From Alkalispirochaeta sp. (GTDB lineage Bacteria > Spirochaetota > Spirochaetia > DSM-27196 > Alkalispirochaetaceae): a stretch of DNA of 64,000 bases. The stretch is taken from assembly GCA_965242725.1 (NCBI GenBank), contig CBDESZ010000018.1, positions 224,001 through 288,000 of the forward strand. The letters are read 5' to 3'. The first letter of the stretch is position 1. Each line of letters opens with the position of its first letter. The position numbers and the translations under genes were made by a program. The notes beneath the pieces are model-generated. The model saw only the letters and a program-made list of their open reading frames with translations. It had not been told where the DNA came from and did not search any database. Below are positions 32,029-43,592 of the stretch, in pieces.

Positions 32029-32670
32029 TTATCGGTCAAAGATGCGTTGTATCTGACCGGAGATCGTCTCCACATCCAGGCTGCCGTCAATACGGTGTAC
32101 GGCGATCCGGTCCAGTGCTTCAAAGTCGGAAATCACCTGCCGGTATACTTCCTCAGCCCGTTGCTGGACGCCGTCCGTTTCCAGGGAATCCCTGGTGGCG
32201 CGCCCTTCAAGACGCCGCAGAGCCGTTTTCCTCGGGGTGTCGATAAATATAAGGTGTTCCGGCAGAGGAAATTGATGGTTCAAGGTTTCAACGGATTCAA
32301 AATCGGCAAAAGCTCCCTGGTAGGCGAGAGAGGAAAAGAGATACCGATCGGAAATGACGGCTCGTCCCCCCTCCAGGTTACTCAGAATTCCCGTGTCGGG
32401 ACGATGAAGGTGTTCATGCCGGTCCGCCGCAAAGAGAAGAGCCAGCGTCCACGGCTCGGCAAACTCGGGACCATTCAAAAGGGCTCGTATCGTCCTGCCC
32501 GTCAGGAAGTCGGTCGGCTCACAGGTAAAAACCGCTTCCGAATTCCCCGCTCCGGGACTGTTCAAGTGATCCCGCAGCATTTTTGCCTGCGTTGTCGTTC
32601 CTGCACCGTCCAGACCTTCAAAGACGATAAATCCGGGCAGCACGGGGTTGTCCCAGGGAAGTGTAAGCAT
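32029..32670 (-). CDS. tmk: Thymidylate kinase
   Basis: FIVFEGLDGAGTTTQ, CEPT, LLFAADR..H, DRYLFSSLAYQ; GGAGAGG SD. Confidence 0.95.
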   Translation of the reverse strand: MLTLPWDNPVLPGFIVFEGLDGAGTTTQAKMLRDHLNSPGAGNSEAVFTCEPTDFLTGRTIRALLNGPEFAEPWTLALLFAADRHEHLHRPDTGILSNLEGGRAVISDRYLFSSLAYQGAFADFESVETLNHQFPLPEHLIFIDTPRKTALRRLEGRATRDSLETDGVQQRAEEVYRQVISDFEALDRIAVHRIDGSLDVETISGQIQRIFDR

Positions 32671-32737
32671 CGTGATCGCCTCTCCGACTTTGTGATAGCA
32701 TACTGTAGCATGGAAGCAAGTTCGAATCGAGTATGAC

Positions 32738-35700
32738 GTGAGACGATACGACCGCCTGAGCCACACCTTCATATCCTTTCTCTTTGTGACCCTTGTCGTA
32801 TGTACCGTGTTCGGCGCCCGGTTCTATACGGAAGTCATTGAAGAGCGTATACGAAGCGTGAGGAGCTCCATTCTTGCCTCCGTCCAGGAACGTACTGCCC
32901 AGGAGATTACATGGGAGGCGATCTCACCGTCGATCCTGCGTTCCGTAACCTTTTATGGAGTGTCGATCTCCCGGAATATCACCGCCCGTCGCGTATCGCT
33001 TGGTCTCAACTATGGAAATATCATTCGGCGAAACGGGGAAAGTCCGATTTCGTCCGTCGTCATCGCCGAGGCGTTTATCAACCTCACCGCCGAGCGACAG
33101 TGGAATCGTCTTGAACGGACGGCAACCTTTGCAACCTCCCTCGGTCCGGTTACCCCCGACCTGACGATCCGGTTTCGCGACTCCCATATCATTGCACAAC
33201 GGGATGAACAGGAAGTCAGGCTCAGCGGAATCGACGGGGCAATCGAACTTTCACGCGAAGGCACCATCCGGGGTGATATCAGCGGGCAGGGGAGCGTCGC
33301 CTCCAACGGGGCAGAACAGTTTATCGCGGAGAGCGACATCACCCTCTCCTTCAGACGCTCCGGAGCGGATACTCCCCTTGAAGGGTCCGTCGACCTGCGG
33401 GAGATCCGCAGCTCCCATTTCAACCTTCAGGATCAAAGCTTTCATGTAGAAACGACAACCGATGGAGTCGTGGTACAGCGGGTAAAGAGCGCGACGCCCC
33501 TGGATCTCACCCTCCGGTATAACGGCGGGGATGGAGAAATACGGGCCGAAATTACCACATCCTCCCTCGTCCCCGCTCAGATAGTGACGCTTCAGGGACC
33601 ATGGGCGGACGCGGATCGCTGGCTTCACAACCCGGTGTCCGGTTCCGTTGACCTCACCTTTCACGAATCCGGTGCATTTCTTTCAGGATCGGGAGAAATC
33701 GGGACGAGAATCTCCCGGCCGGACATACTCCCGGCACCGGTGGGAATACGCGTATCATTTCGAAGCGACGGACAGACGACTGTCTTTCCCTCAGCCACCT
33801 TGTACGGTGCGGAAGGAACGATCACCTTTGAGGGATCATATCGGAACGGTGACCTGGCACCAAACGGGAGAATATCGGCCTCCGGATTTCAGTACGCCGA
33901 TTTCCCCGTCATATCCGGCGCCGCGACGGTCAGCGGCGGGACCTCCCGGGCGGGTTTTTCCGCTGAGCAACTGCGCGTCGACGATTCCTTGCTGTATCAC
34001 CTCGTCGGTTCCGTGAGCGAGAACGATAACGGTCGAAAGTCGCTGGAAGCATTTGCAGCGCTTGACTCCGAGGGGACGCGAACAATTCGGTCAAAAGTCA
34101 CATTTGCCGATGTGGAGGACTTCACGGAGAGATCACCGTCATTGCGGTCACCCCGACGATCGCCCGCAATATCGCCCGGGCGGCGGGGGTCAGCCTGGAT
34201 ATTCCCGCTCAGCTTGACGCCGTCGAGCTCACCGCATACGCCCGTTTTGACCGCAGAGGCGACGAAGTCACCGTGCGCTTTCCATATGTTGTCATGACCG
34301 ATGCGCTGTCGGAAGACCGCATGGCGACGCTCAGGGGCTCATACCGGAACGGATTCATCACAATTGAACAGTATTCCCTCCGCACCGTGGCAATAATGGC
34401 CGACGGCGAAGGAATCGTCGACGTCGGTGTCGACGGTTCCCTGGATTTTCAATCATCTCTCAAGGTCAACGGCATCGACTATTCCTTCCGCGGTTTTTAC
34501 AACCCCCGGGAGAGTCTCATCCTCACCGGCCCCTACGGCGTCCGGGTCCGCGCCGTCCGGACAGCCGGAGGCGGCATCCGTGTCAATGCGGAAGCGACGG
34601 AGGTTCCCCTTCCGCGAGGAGATGCCACCGTTTCCACAATCGTCGAGGGACTGTATCTGTCGCCCGACGACTGGTACGTCACCCTGCAGGAGGTCGCGTT
34701 CCGGGACGTACCGATTGAGGCGGGACTGACCGCTGATGCGGATATGGCGGTGTCGATAAATGCCGACACCATTGACATGGCCGTCCTCAGGTACGACGAC
34801 GGAGTCAGCACCCTGGCGGGTACGATGCTTCTGGAATTTGCCTTTGATCCGACCGTCGAAATTCGCGGAAACGGACGTCTCAGCTCACCGGACGGTACTG
34901 AACAGTACCGCATCGTCGGTCGATATCACGAGGATACGATCGCCGTGGACCTTCGGTTTGAACAGGCTCCGCTTCGACGCGCCGTTGAAGATGTGGAGGA
35001 GGGAACGATATCGGGATCGGTGCAGATTGCCGGCAACATGACGTCACCCCAGGTTCGGGGTACCGTCGAAAGTGAAACGTTGCGCATCGGTGATCAGAGT
35101 GCACGAATTTCGACACGCTTTTTCCTGGACGATCAGACGATTGAGATCCGCGATACCGACCTTGTGGCTGCGGCACGGGAGATGCGTGTGGATTCTCTCA
35201 TATTGGAGCGCGATACCGGCTTCATCACCGGAGAACTCAGCGTGCACAGGGAAGAGACAAGCGGCCGTATTGATATTTCGGTCGCGGGTCAGACCGATCC
35301 ACTCACGGAGTTCGACGCCCGTTCCTGGGACGAACTGTCCGCAACGATGTCGATCAGGACGACCTCCTATCCCTCGACTCGCCGAAATGCCGCGATATCC
35401 ACAACGGCCGAGGTTCATGAGTATTCCCTCGTAAAAGGTTCCGGACGCACGGATATTCAGCGCAGCGACGGCGGTATCAGGGCGGTGATTTTTGACGACA
35501 GCACCTTCAATTTGACCGTTCAGGATCCCTTCCCGGTACGTGGAGAAGCGAGAGGGTCATTCCGGAACGGTGAGGTGGAACTCACCGCCGCGGGAATATT
35601 TGTCGATCTGACGGAGGTCGATGTACCGGTATCCGACGCGGGAGTAACCGTCATAGGTGGTTTTGCCGAGGGATCGATCCGGGTGATCGGTCCGGTTGGG

Positions 35701-37020
35701 AACCCCGATCTGTACGGCACCCTGAGAATCTCCAATCTGGAATTACGGTCTCCCTTCTCTCCGGATACAATCGGTCCCGTGGACGGCGCGTTCATTCTCG
35801 AAGACAAGGTGATTCGCGTTCCCGAGATCCGAACCCATGTCGGGAACGCCGCGGTCTCTCTCAGCGGCGAAATGCTTCTTGATCGATGGACCCTGCAGGA
35901 GTATCGGATCAACGCGAGTATTCCCGGACAGACGGGCGTCCATATCGTGAACACCTTCGGCCCCGTCAACGTCGATGGTTTCGCCCGGGGGGAGATATCG
36001 TTCTCCGGCAGTCCCGGCAACATTGTACTTGACGGCGATCTGAGTATGTACAATACCGAGCTGGGAGTCATCCCGCTGGCGGAACGGGAAAACCGGGAGG
36101 TTGCCGTCAACACCACCCTCAATCTGGTACTCACCACCGGGCGGGGCGTCCGCTTCATTTGGCCTGCCGCGGATTTTCCCGTCATACGCAGCAACTTCGC
36201 CATCGACCAGGAGGTGGAAATCACCCTCGACACCGTGGAGGAGCAGTTTGGTCTCACCGGGACGGTGGAAATTCAGAGCGGCGATGTTTTTTACTTCGAT
36301 CGCAACTTCCTTATTCGCGACGGAAGGATCGTGTTTCAGGAGAACCAGGATCGTTTTGACCCACGCATAACGGCGAGGGCGGAGTTGCGGGAGGTGACCA
36401 CCGACGGCCCGGTACGGATATACCTCGTCGCCGACGGTCAGCGTCTCAGCGAGTTCAGCCCCCGATTTGAATCCAATCCCCCTCTGGGCGGGACCGAAAT
36501 CGTTTCAATACTCGGTGGAAACATCTTTCAGCAGGGAGCGGACTCGGGTACCAATCTGTCGGCGGCATTACTGTCCACAAGCGACATTGTGACGCAGTTC
36601 GGCGTCTTTCGAGAGTTTGAAAACAATGTACGGGAACAACTTGGCCTCGACCTCTTTGCCATCCGGACAAGCGTCATCCAGAACCTGCTACTCTCGGCAA
36701 TCGCTCCTACCGACGAGACGGCGGCGCAACTGGCACCGACGCTGGGAACATACTTGAACAACACTTCCATATTTGCCGGTCGGTATATCGGGGAATCCGT
36801 ATTTGCTCAGGGCATTCTTCAGATGCGGTCCGCCGATATGGCCCGGCCTGATGAAGATGATGGAATTCAGCGCCTCGGCGGGGTATTGATTGATTCAGAA
36901 ATTAGTTTAGAATGGCAAACACCATTTTTCATGCTGGAGTGGAGTCTTTCTCCAGAAAATCCTGAGGAGCTGTTTATCAGAGACAACACGTTCACTTTTT
37001 CGTGGTCGTTTACCTACTGA
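32738..37020 (+). CDS. tamB: Translocation and assembly module TamB (one frameshift near 34125)
   Basis: N-terminal TM, long beta-rich body, DUF490-like C-terminus (FDPRITARAE, FESNPPL, LGLDLF); directly upstream of bamA. The two ORFs join by a 1-nt indel. Confidence 0.85.
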
Positions 37021-37038
37021 ATACAACAGGGAGCTTGA

Positions 37039-39564
37039 ATGCGAATATTGCGCTACGTCCTGCCGCTCATGCTGGTAGCGGGCACGGTCCTGTCACAGAA
37101 CAACACCAATTGGTACCTGAACAAACCTATCCGAGGAATCGAGTTTTCCGGTCTGGAGACGGTGCGGGAAAATGAACTCTCGCCGGTGATCGCACCGTTT
37201 GTGGGAGAAACGTTTACTGAACCGACCTTTCTGGAACTTCAACGCCGCCTCTACGCACTGGACTATTTTGAGGAGATCATTCCCAATGCGGTTCGGCCTC
37301 CCGACGGCTCGGAAAACGCAGTCATCCTACGGTTCGACGTCGTTGAACGACCGGTGATCACCGCGATAGAAATTCGCGGCAACGACAGCCTCGGCCGTAA
37401 CCGCATCCTCGATGTCATTCTTCTGAAACGGGGCGATATGGTCACCCGAAGCAAGATGCGCATCGACGAAGAGGCGATCCGTTCCCTCTATCTGCAGCAG
37501 GGATATCCGGACGTCCAGGTTTCGTCGGAACTCATCGAGGAGGAAGAAGGGGAGGAGACGATTGTCAGATTCATCGTCGACGAGGGCCGGCAGATCTCCA
37601 TAGACACCATCTCCTTTGTGGGTAATGAATTTGCCGCGGATTCAACGTTGCGCCGGGAGATTCAGCTGCGCGAACAGAGTCTTTTCAACAAGGGACTCTT
37701 TGAGGCCCAGAAGCTTGAAACCGATCGCAACCGGATCCGCCGCTACTACAACCGGGAAGGATTCATAGACGCTGAAGTGGTGGAGGTGGAACAGGAAATT
37801 CGGCCCGATGACTCCGGTGAAGGGCGAAATCTCATGGATCTCACCTTTTATATCGAGGAAGGTGACCGCTACACCTACGGCGGCGTCACCTTTACGGGGA
37901 ATACCATTTTCTCCGATGAAGAGCTCCAATCCCTCGTGCGGGTCACCGAGGGGGAAATCCTCGACCTGACCCAGTTTGACCGTGACTATCAGCGTATTGC
38001 CGACAGGTACTACGAAAACGGGTACATTTTCAATCAAATCACCCGCCGGGAAATTCGGAATGAGGAGACAAATACCGTCTCATTTCAGATCAATATCGTA
38101 GAACGAAACCGGGCACACATCGAGAATATCGTTATCCGGGGTAATGACAAGACGAAGGACTACGTCATAGAGCGGGAACTGCCCCTGGAAGTGGGCGACG
38201 TCTTCAGCGCTACCAAAATTCGCGAAGGACTGCAGAACCTGGCAAACCTCCAGTATTTCTCGGCGATCTCACCGGAAACGCCGCCGGGCAGCGCCGAGGG
38301 ACTGATGGACCTCGTGATCAACCTGGAAGAGGGCAATACCGCGGAAATCGTCTTCGGTGTCGCCTTCGGCGGCAATCAGGAGTTTCCCGTTTCCGCCCAG
38401 GTACAGTGGCAGGATCGCAATTTCCTCGGCCGGGGCCAGACTTTCGGCATCCAGGGCACGGCGTCGCCAATCACACAGACGCTGAGTTTCAATTTTCTGG
38501 AGCGATGGCTTCTGGGCAGGCGCTGGTCCGGTGGACTCAACCTTTCTTTTGATCGAACGGTGGTGAGCAATGTACCCCAGGATGCACTCTATCCCTACGG
38601 TGTACCCGATCCCTTTGAAGACACCGACGATTATGAGGATACCACGGACATTCCAGAAGACAGCCTCATGAGCTACGACGCCTACAGCATCGGCCTTGGC
38701 GCGAGCACGGGGTATACCTTCCGGACTCCTGTCGGGCGTTTTGTGCCGCGAACGTCGGTGAATACAAGCATCAACTACATAACCTACGACGATACCCTCT
38801 ACCGTCCGTACAACGAGACGACCCGGGCCAACCTCAACCGCTGGCGCTTTCGGAACAGCTGGTCCGTCGGAGCCGCCCTGGACAACAGGGACTACATCTA
38901 CAGCCCCTCACGGGGGTATCGCATCGATCAGGGCGTCACATTTGTCGGCGGTTTTCTCTTTGGCGAGCGCCACTACACCAGAACGGATACCACGGCGGAG
39001 ATCTTTTTCACCCTCTGGGATATTCCCCTCGGTGAGTGGGCGTGGAAGATGGTCCTTGGGGCACAGTCAAAGCTCAGTATGATCTGGCCCAACTTCTATC
39101 TTGACGAGGCCAATCCCAGCTATTTTGTCGCCTCTGAAAACAATCTTCTCCGCATTGACGGTATGTTCAATGCCCGCGGATGGGGCTATCGCGGTGGGGG
39201 TGCATCCCTCTGGAACAACTGGATCGAATTCCGCATGCCCCTGGCGGAACAGGTTATCTGGTGGGACACCTTCGCGGAAGGTGCACTCCTTCAGACATTC
39301 ACCGGCGACACAAGCGGAGAGAACGACTTCGACAATCGGGAACGCCTCGTGGAAACTTCACTGCCGGACTGGCAGTTCACCGTGGGTACAGGTATTCGCT
39401 TTGTGATACCCCAGTTTCCCATTCGCCTCTATCTGGCAAAACGCTTCCAGTTTGATGAAAACGGAAACGTCGAATGGCAGACGGGCAACCTCTTTAACGA
39501 CGGTGATCTCACCAGCGGCAAGGGGCTGGACCTGGTATTTACCATTGGCGCGGAGTTCTTCTAA
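37039..39564 (+). CDS. bamA: Outer membrane protein assembly factor
   Basis: POTRA repeats (I.F.GN), IRGNDKTKDYVIERE, DRNFLGRGQ, ARGW, C-terminal Phe. Confidence 0.96.
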   Translation: MRILRYVLPLMLVAGTVLSQNNTNWYLNKPIRGIEFSGLETVRENELSPVIAPFVGETFTEPTFLELQRRLYALDYFEEIIPNAVRPPDGSENAVILRFDVVERPVITAIEIRGNDSLGRNRILDVILLKRGDMVTRSKMRIDEEAIRSLYLQQGYPDVQVSSELIEEEEGEETIVRFIVDEGRQISIDTISFVGNEFAADSTLRREIQLREQSLFNKGLFEAQKLETDRNRIRRYYNREGFIDAEVVEVEQEIRPDDSGEGRNLMDLTFYIEEGDRYTYGGVTFTGNTIFSDEELQSLVRVTEGEILDLTQFDRDYQRIADRYYENGYIFNQITRREIRNEETNTVSFQINIVERNRAHIENIVIRGNDKTKDYVIERELPLEVGDVFSATKIREGLQNLANLQYFSAISPETPPGSAEGLMDLVINLEEGNTAEIVFGVAFGGNQEFPVSAQVQWQDRNFLGRGQTFGIQGTASPITQTLSFNFLERWLLGRRWSGGLNLSFDRTVVSNVPQDALYPYGVPDPFEDTDDYEDTTDIPEDSLMSYDAYSIGLGASTGYTFRTPVGRFVPRTSVNTSINYITYDDTLYRPYNETTRANLNRWRFRNSWSVGAALDNRDYIYSPSRGYRIDQGVTFVGGFLFGERHYTRTDTTAEIFFTLWDIPLGEWAWKMVLGAQSKLSMIWPNFYLDEANPSYFVASENNLLRIDGMFNARGWGYRGGGASLWNNWIEFRMPLAEQVIWWDTFAEGALLQTFTGDTSGENDFDNRERLVETSLPDWQFTVGTGIRFVIPQFPIRLYLAKRFQFDENGNVEWQTGNLFNDGDLTSGKGLDLVFTIGAEFF

Positions 39565-39595
39565 CATCAATCGTTGAAAGCTCCGGGAGGACAAC

Positions 39596-40189
39596 ATGAA
39601 CAGTAAAACGGCTTCATTCAACAATTACGATAGTGCGGGAACGACCCTGCGCCGGCTTCCGAAAACGGGAATTCTTGTGCTCATGGGCGGAGTGTTTCTC
39701 CTTTTGGCGCAATTGTCCCTTCCGGCGGAACAGCTCACCACCGTCGGCATCGTGGATATCAACAGGATATACAACTCATTTTACCGGGATTCCCAGGCGG
39801 TTCGCGACCTGGAACGCGTTCGTCGTGAGTATCAGGCGGAAATCAATGCCCAGGTTGCGGAACTTCAGACCCTCCGGGACCGGCGCGCCCGCATGGCGGA
39901 GCTCGGAAACGACGCCCGGGTTCAGGAACTGGACCAGGAAATCGCGGATATGCAGCGCTTTCTGGAAGACCTGACGCAGCGGCGCCGACGTCAACTGGAA
40001 ACGCGCCAGCAGAACCTTCTCTCCAATGAGTTTCTCCAGGAGCTGCAGGAGGCGATACAGTTTGTCGCACAGAGCGAAGGCTTCACAATCGTGCTTCGCT
40101 CCGACGTCCAGGGACTCCAATGGTGGGCGGTCGAGGTCGACATAAGCGAAAAGGTGGTACAGCGGTTGATTCAGGTGGCGGACCGTTAA
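39596..40189 (+). CDS. skp: Skp/OmpH periplasmic chaperone
   Basis: VGIVDINRI, coiled coil, GFTIVL, VDISEKV; follows bamA. Confidence 0.88.
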   Translation: MNSKTASFNNYDSAGTTLRRLPKTGILVLMGGVFLLLAQLSLPAEQLTTVGIVDINRIYNSFYRDSQAVRDLERVRREYQAEINAQVAELQTLRDRRARMAELGNDARVQELDQEIADMQRFLEDLTQRRRRQLETRQQNLLSNEFLQELQEAIQFVAQSEGFTIVLRSDVQGLQWWAVEVDISEKVVQRLIQVADR

Positions 40190-40235
40190 CGGCAGACAGT
40201 CTGTCGGTGCTTCTATAACGCGGAGGCGGTGACAC

Positions 40236-42836
40236 GTGTCGACGCCCATGTTCGACCAGTATAATCTTCTCAAGTCACAACACCGGGATGCAATACTGCT
40301 CTTCCGTCTCGGTGACTTCTACGAAATGTTCGGCACCGATGCCCGGGAGGGTTCACGTATACTCGGTCTGACCCTCACCCAGCGTCAGGGCAAGCCGATG
40401 TGCGGCGTACCCCATCACGCGGCCCGGGCATACGTCCGCAAGCTCCTTGAACACGGAAAAAAGGTCGCCATATGCGAACAGACGGGTACGCCCGACGGAA
40501 AGACCCTCACCAAACGGGAAGTTGTGGAAGTACTTTCGCCGGGATCGGTTTTTGATACGGACTTCCTGAAACCGGAACAGCACAACTATCTCGTAGCCGT
40601 CGGATCGGTTACCACCTCCTCCGGGGTGGAAACGATCGCCGTGGCGGCGTGTGACGCCTCCATCGGCGAACTGATACTTGCCGCCCACACAGTCGACACC
40701 GACAGGGACGCGGTGATCCGTCGGGAGCTGGAGCGGCTCGACCCCGGAGAGCTGCTCGTACAGGAGTCTCTCCTGGAAGAGAGCAGGGTTCTCTCGGCGT
40801 TGACGGGAGACTCATCGCCCGTCGTAATAAACAGAATTCCCGACTGGGGTTTTGATATTTCCGAGTCCTTTCGTGTTCTCACCTCGCAGCTGGACGTTCA
40901 GAATCTCCACGGCTTCGGATTCGAGGCGAACGATCCGGCGCTCCTCCCCGCCGCGGCGATTCTCGAGTATCTCAACGACAACGCCCACCATTCGCTCCTG
41001 CACATCCAGGAGGTGCGCAAGCATATTCCCGAAGAGATCGTCGTTCTCGACGACGCGACGACACGGAACCTTGAGATCGTCCGGAGCCTGAACGACGGTG
41101 GTGGGTCCTTCACGCTGCTTGGTATCCTCGACTTTGCCAGGACGCCTATGGGTACCCGCAGGCTCAGACAGTGGCTTCTTCAGCCGTCCCGACGAATGGA
41201 TGTCATCGCCGAGCGCCATGAGCGGGTAGAGACGCTCTACCGCCGCCAGCAGGACCTCCAGGCGTTACGGGAGCGCCTCGGTGATGCCTACGATCTTGAA
41301 CGGCTCGTCGGTCGTCTCGGCGTTGAAAAGGCGCACCCCAAGGACCTCCTTGCCATAGCCGCGTCTCTGACGGTGGTCATTGACGTCGAACAATGGACGC
41401 CGTGGATCTCCATAGACGAAGGCGCTCTGTCGCACGTAAGGAATGAAATCTCAACGGCGTTTCAGCCGGACGCGCCCATCGTCCTGCACGAAGGCGGCAT
41501 TTTTCGTTCCGGCTTCGACGAAGAACTTGACCGATACCGGGCGCTCAGGGACGGAAGCAGGGAAATTCTCGAAGAGTATCTTCAGGAACAGAGAGTTGAA
41601 ACGGGAATATCGTCGCTGAAGATCAAGTACAATCGCGTCCTCGGCCACTTCTTTGAAGTCCCGAAGAGCCAGGCCCACAATGTTCCGGAATCGTATATTC
41701 GACGACAAAGCGTCACCAACGCCGAACGCTTCACCACCCCCCGTCTCTCCGAGCTGGAAGAGGAGATTCAGAATGCAGCTTCAGCCGCCGTGGAACGGGA
41801 ACAGGCACTCTTTCTCTCCTTCCGGAAGAGGCTCATGAATAAAATACCCCTCCTTCGCGGCGCCGCAGACGTCCTGGCGGGGGTCGATACGATCGCGTCC
41901 CTTGCCCAGGCGGCTACCGTCCATGGGTACCGGCGCCCCCGCCTCGTCCCGGAAGCGGTTCTGAAGATCACCGGCGGTCGCCATCCCGTTGTGGAAGCAC
42001 ATCTGCCTCCCGGCGATTTTGTCGCAAACGACGTTTCGATCGGAGAAGACACGCCACGTTTCGCACTGATCACCGGTCCGAATATGGCGGGTAAATCGAC
42101 GGTATTGCGGCAGACCGCACTCATCGCACTTCTCGCCCATGCGGGCTCCTTTGTTCCCGCCGACGAAGCGACAATCGGACTCTGCGACCGTATATTCTGT
42201 CGCGTCGGTGCATCGGACAATATCGCCCGGGGAGAATCAACCTTTCTCGTCGAGATGAATGAAACGAGCAACATCCTCAGGAACGCGGGGCCCCACAGTC
42301 TGATCATCATGGATGAAGTGGGCCGGGGGACGAGCACCCACGACGGCCTGGCCATTGCATGGGCCGTCTGTGAACATATCCTGGACCACAGCGTGTCCCG
42401 GACCCTCTTTGCCACTCATTACCATGAGCTCGCCCGCATCAGCCATCCCCAGTTCGTCTCCCTGGGAATGGCCGTTGAACACAGCGGTGAAAAAATCCAT
42501 TTCCTGAAGAAGCTCGTTGCCGGCGCCGTTGACCGCTCCTACGGGGTAGACGTGGCGCGACTGGCTGGACTTCCCGACGGGGTGATCTATCGGGCGCGAC
42601 AGCTTTTGCGTCACTTCGAAGCGTATGGGACCGCACCCGCCGATTCACCTCCCCGGGAGGAGACGACGAGACCCGATGCCGACACGCCGGAACTCCGTAC
42701 CGTGCAGCAGGACGAACTCTTCTCGCCGGCGGAGTTGATTGCCGGCGAAATCGAAGGGCTCCAGCCGGACACCCTGTCACCGCGGGAAGCGCTTGATCTC
42801 ATCTACCGCTGGAAAGAGCGTATTCGACGTGAATAA
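40236..42836 (+). CDS. mutS: DNA mismatch repair protein
   Basis: TPMFDQY, FRLGDFYEMF, TGPNMAGKST, STFLVEM, DEVGRGTS, FATHYHEL. Confidence 0.98.
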   Translation: MSTPMFDQYNLLKSQHRDAILLFRLGDFYEMFGTDAREGSRILGLTLTQRQGKPMCGVPHHAARAYVRKLLEHGKKVAICEQTGTPDGKTLTKREVVEVLSPGSVFDTDFLKPEQHNYLVAVGSVTTSSGVETIAVAACDASIGELILAAHTVDTDRDAVIRRELERLDPGELLVQESLLEESRVLSALTGDSSPVVINRIPDWGFDISESFRVLTSQLDVQNLHGFGFEANDPALLPAAAILEYLNDNAHHSLLHIQEVRKHIPEEIVVLDDATTRNLEIVRSLNDGGGSFTLLGILDFARTPMGTRRLRQWLLQPSRRMDVIAERHERVETLYRRQQDLQALRERLGDAYDLERLVGRLGVEKAHPKDLLAIAASLTVVIDVEQWTPWISIDEGALSHVRNEISTAFQPDAPIVLHEGGIFRSGFDEELDRYRALRDGSREILEEYLQEQRVETGISSLKIKYNRVLGHFFEVPKSQAHNVPESYIRRQSVTNAERFTTPRLSELEEEIQNAASAAVEREQALFLSFRKRLMNKIPLLRGAADVLAGVDTIASLAQAATVHGYRRPRLVPEAVLKITGGRHPVVEAHLPPGDFVANDVSIGEDTPRFALITGPNMAGKSTVLRQTALIALLAHAGSFVPADEATIGLCDRIFCRVGASDNIARGESTFLVEMNETSNILRNAGPHSLIIMDEVGRGTSTHDGLAIAWAVCEHILDHSVSRTLFATHYHELARISHPQFVSLGMAVEHSGEKIHFLKKLVAGAVDRSYGVDVARLAGLPDGVIYRARQLLRHFEAYGTAPADSPPREETTRPDADTPELRTVQQDELFSPAELIAGEIEGLQPDTLSPREALDLIYRWKERIRRE

Positions 42837-42842
42837 TGCGGG

Positions 42843-43592
42843 TCACATCGCACCAAGGATCTTTATAACCACCGGTATGGCGATCGTCCCCATCGCGACG
42901 AATCCCGCCCATCCCGAAACGGGCCAGCGCCAGAAGGCGAGGTGACCGCCAAACTGAAAGAGCCACGTCAGGATATAGACGACGGCCAGAGGGAAGAGGG
43001 GCAGTTCCGGGGGCAGTACAACGATGCTTATCACCGTTGCCCAGAGAAACCACCCGAAAAAGTTCTTCATCGGTATTCCCTCATACCGACCCCTTTCGCG
43101 CCATTTCCAGAATCCCCATTTTACAAGATGCGGATCGAGATAAATGTCCCACGCCATGAATGCCCACCCTGCAGCGACCGCTTTGACGACGTGGGGGGCG
43201 TCCGGTATGAGGAGATGTACCGCCGCCCAGGACGGAGGAAGCATCATGAGCCACGCAAGGGGGATTACGACGGGTACCCGGAGGATCTGCGGCTGCAGCG
43301 CATCGGTATAGTGATACGATCCAAAGGGAATACCCGTCCTTGAACCTATGAACTCGGCGAGCCATCCCAGCAGGGGGACGACGATGACCGCCCGCGCGAA
43401 GGCGCCCTGAGGCCACTCTTCGGCAAGGGCGACGACGACAACGACAACCTGAGCCGCCACGCCGGCGGAAATGGCGATGCTGCGATACCGCTTCATCCGC
43501 GAAGGACGTCTTTTCCCGAGACCGGCCACGATGGGGACCGCAGCCATGACGACGAGCCACAGAACGAAGAAGACGATAGGCCAGGAAGTCAC
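42843..43592 (-). CDS. cruF: CruF-like carotenoid 1,2-hydratase (DUF422)
   Basis: AEFIGSRTGIPFGSYHYT, VP..IPLAW, AWDIYLDP, W.W...G.Y.GIPMKNFFGW; GTGA overlap with the cyclase stop. Confidence 0.85.
   Translation of the reverse strand: MTSWPIVFFVLWLVVMAAVPIVAGLGKRRPSRMKRYRSIAISAGVAAQVVVVVVALAEEWPQGAFARAVIVVPLLGWLAEFIGSRTGIPFGSYHYTDALQPQILRVPVVIPLAWLMMLPPSWAAVHLLIPDAPHVVKAVAAGWAFMAWDIYLDPHLVKWGFWKWRERGRYEGIPMKNFFGWFLWATVISIVVLPPELPLFPLAVVYILTWLFQFGGHLAFWRWPVSGWAGFVAMGTIAIPVVIKILGAM

Noticed and set aside
34110..34297. TamB as two genes
   Set aside because: The downstream frame is open and protein-like from about 34125 (GEITVIAVTP...), so a single missing base explains the split.
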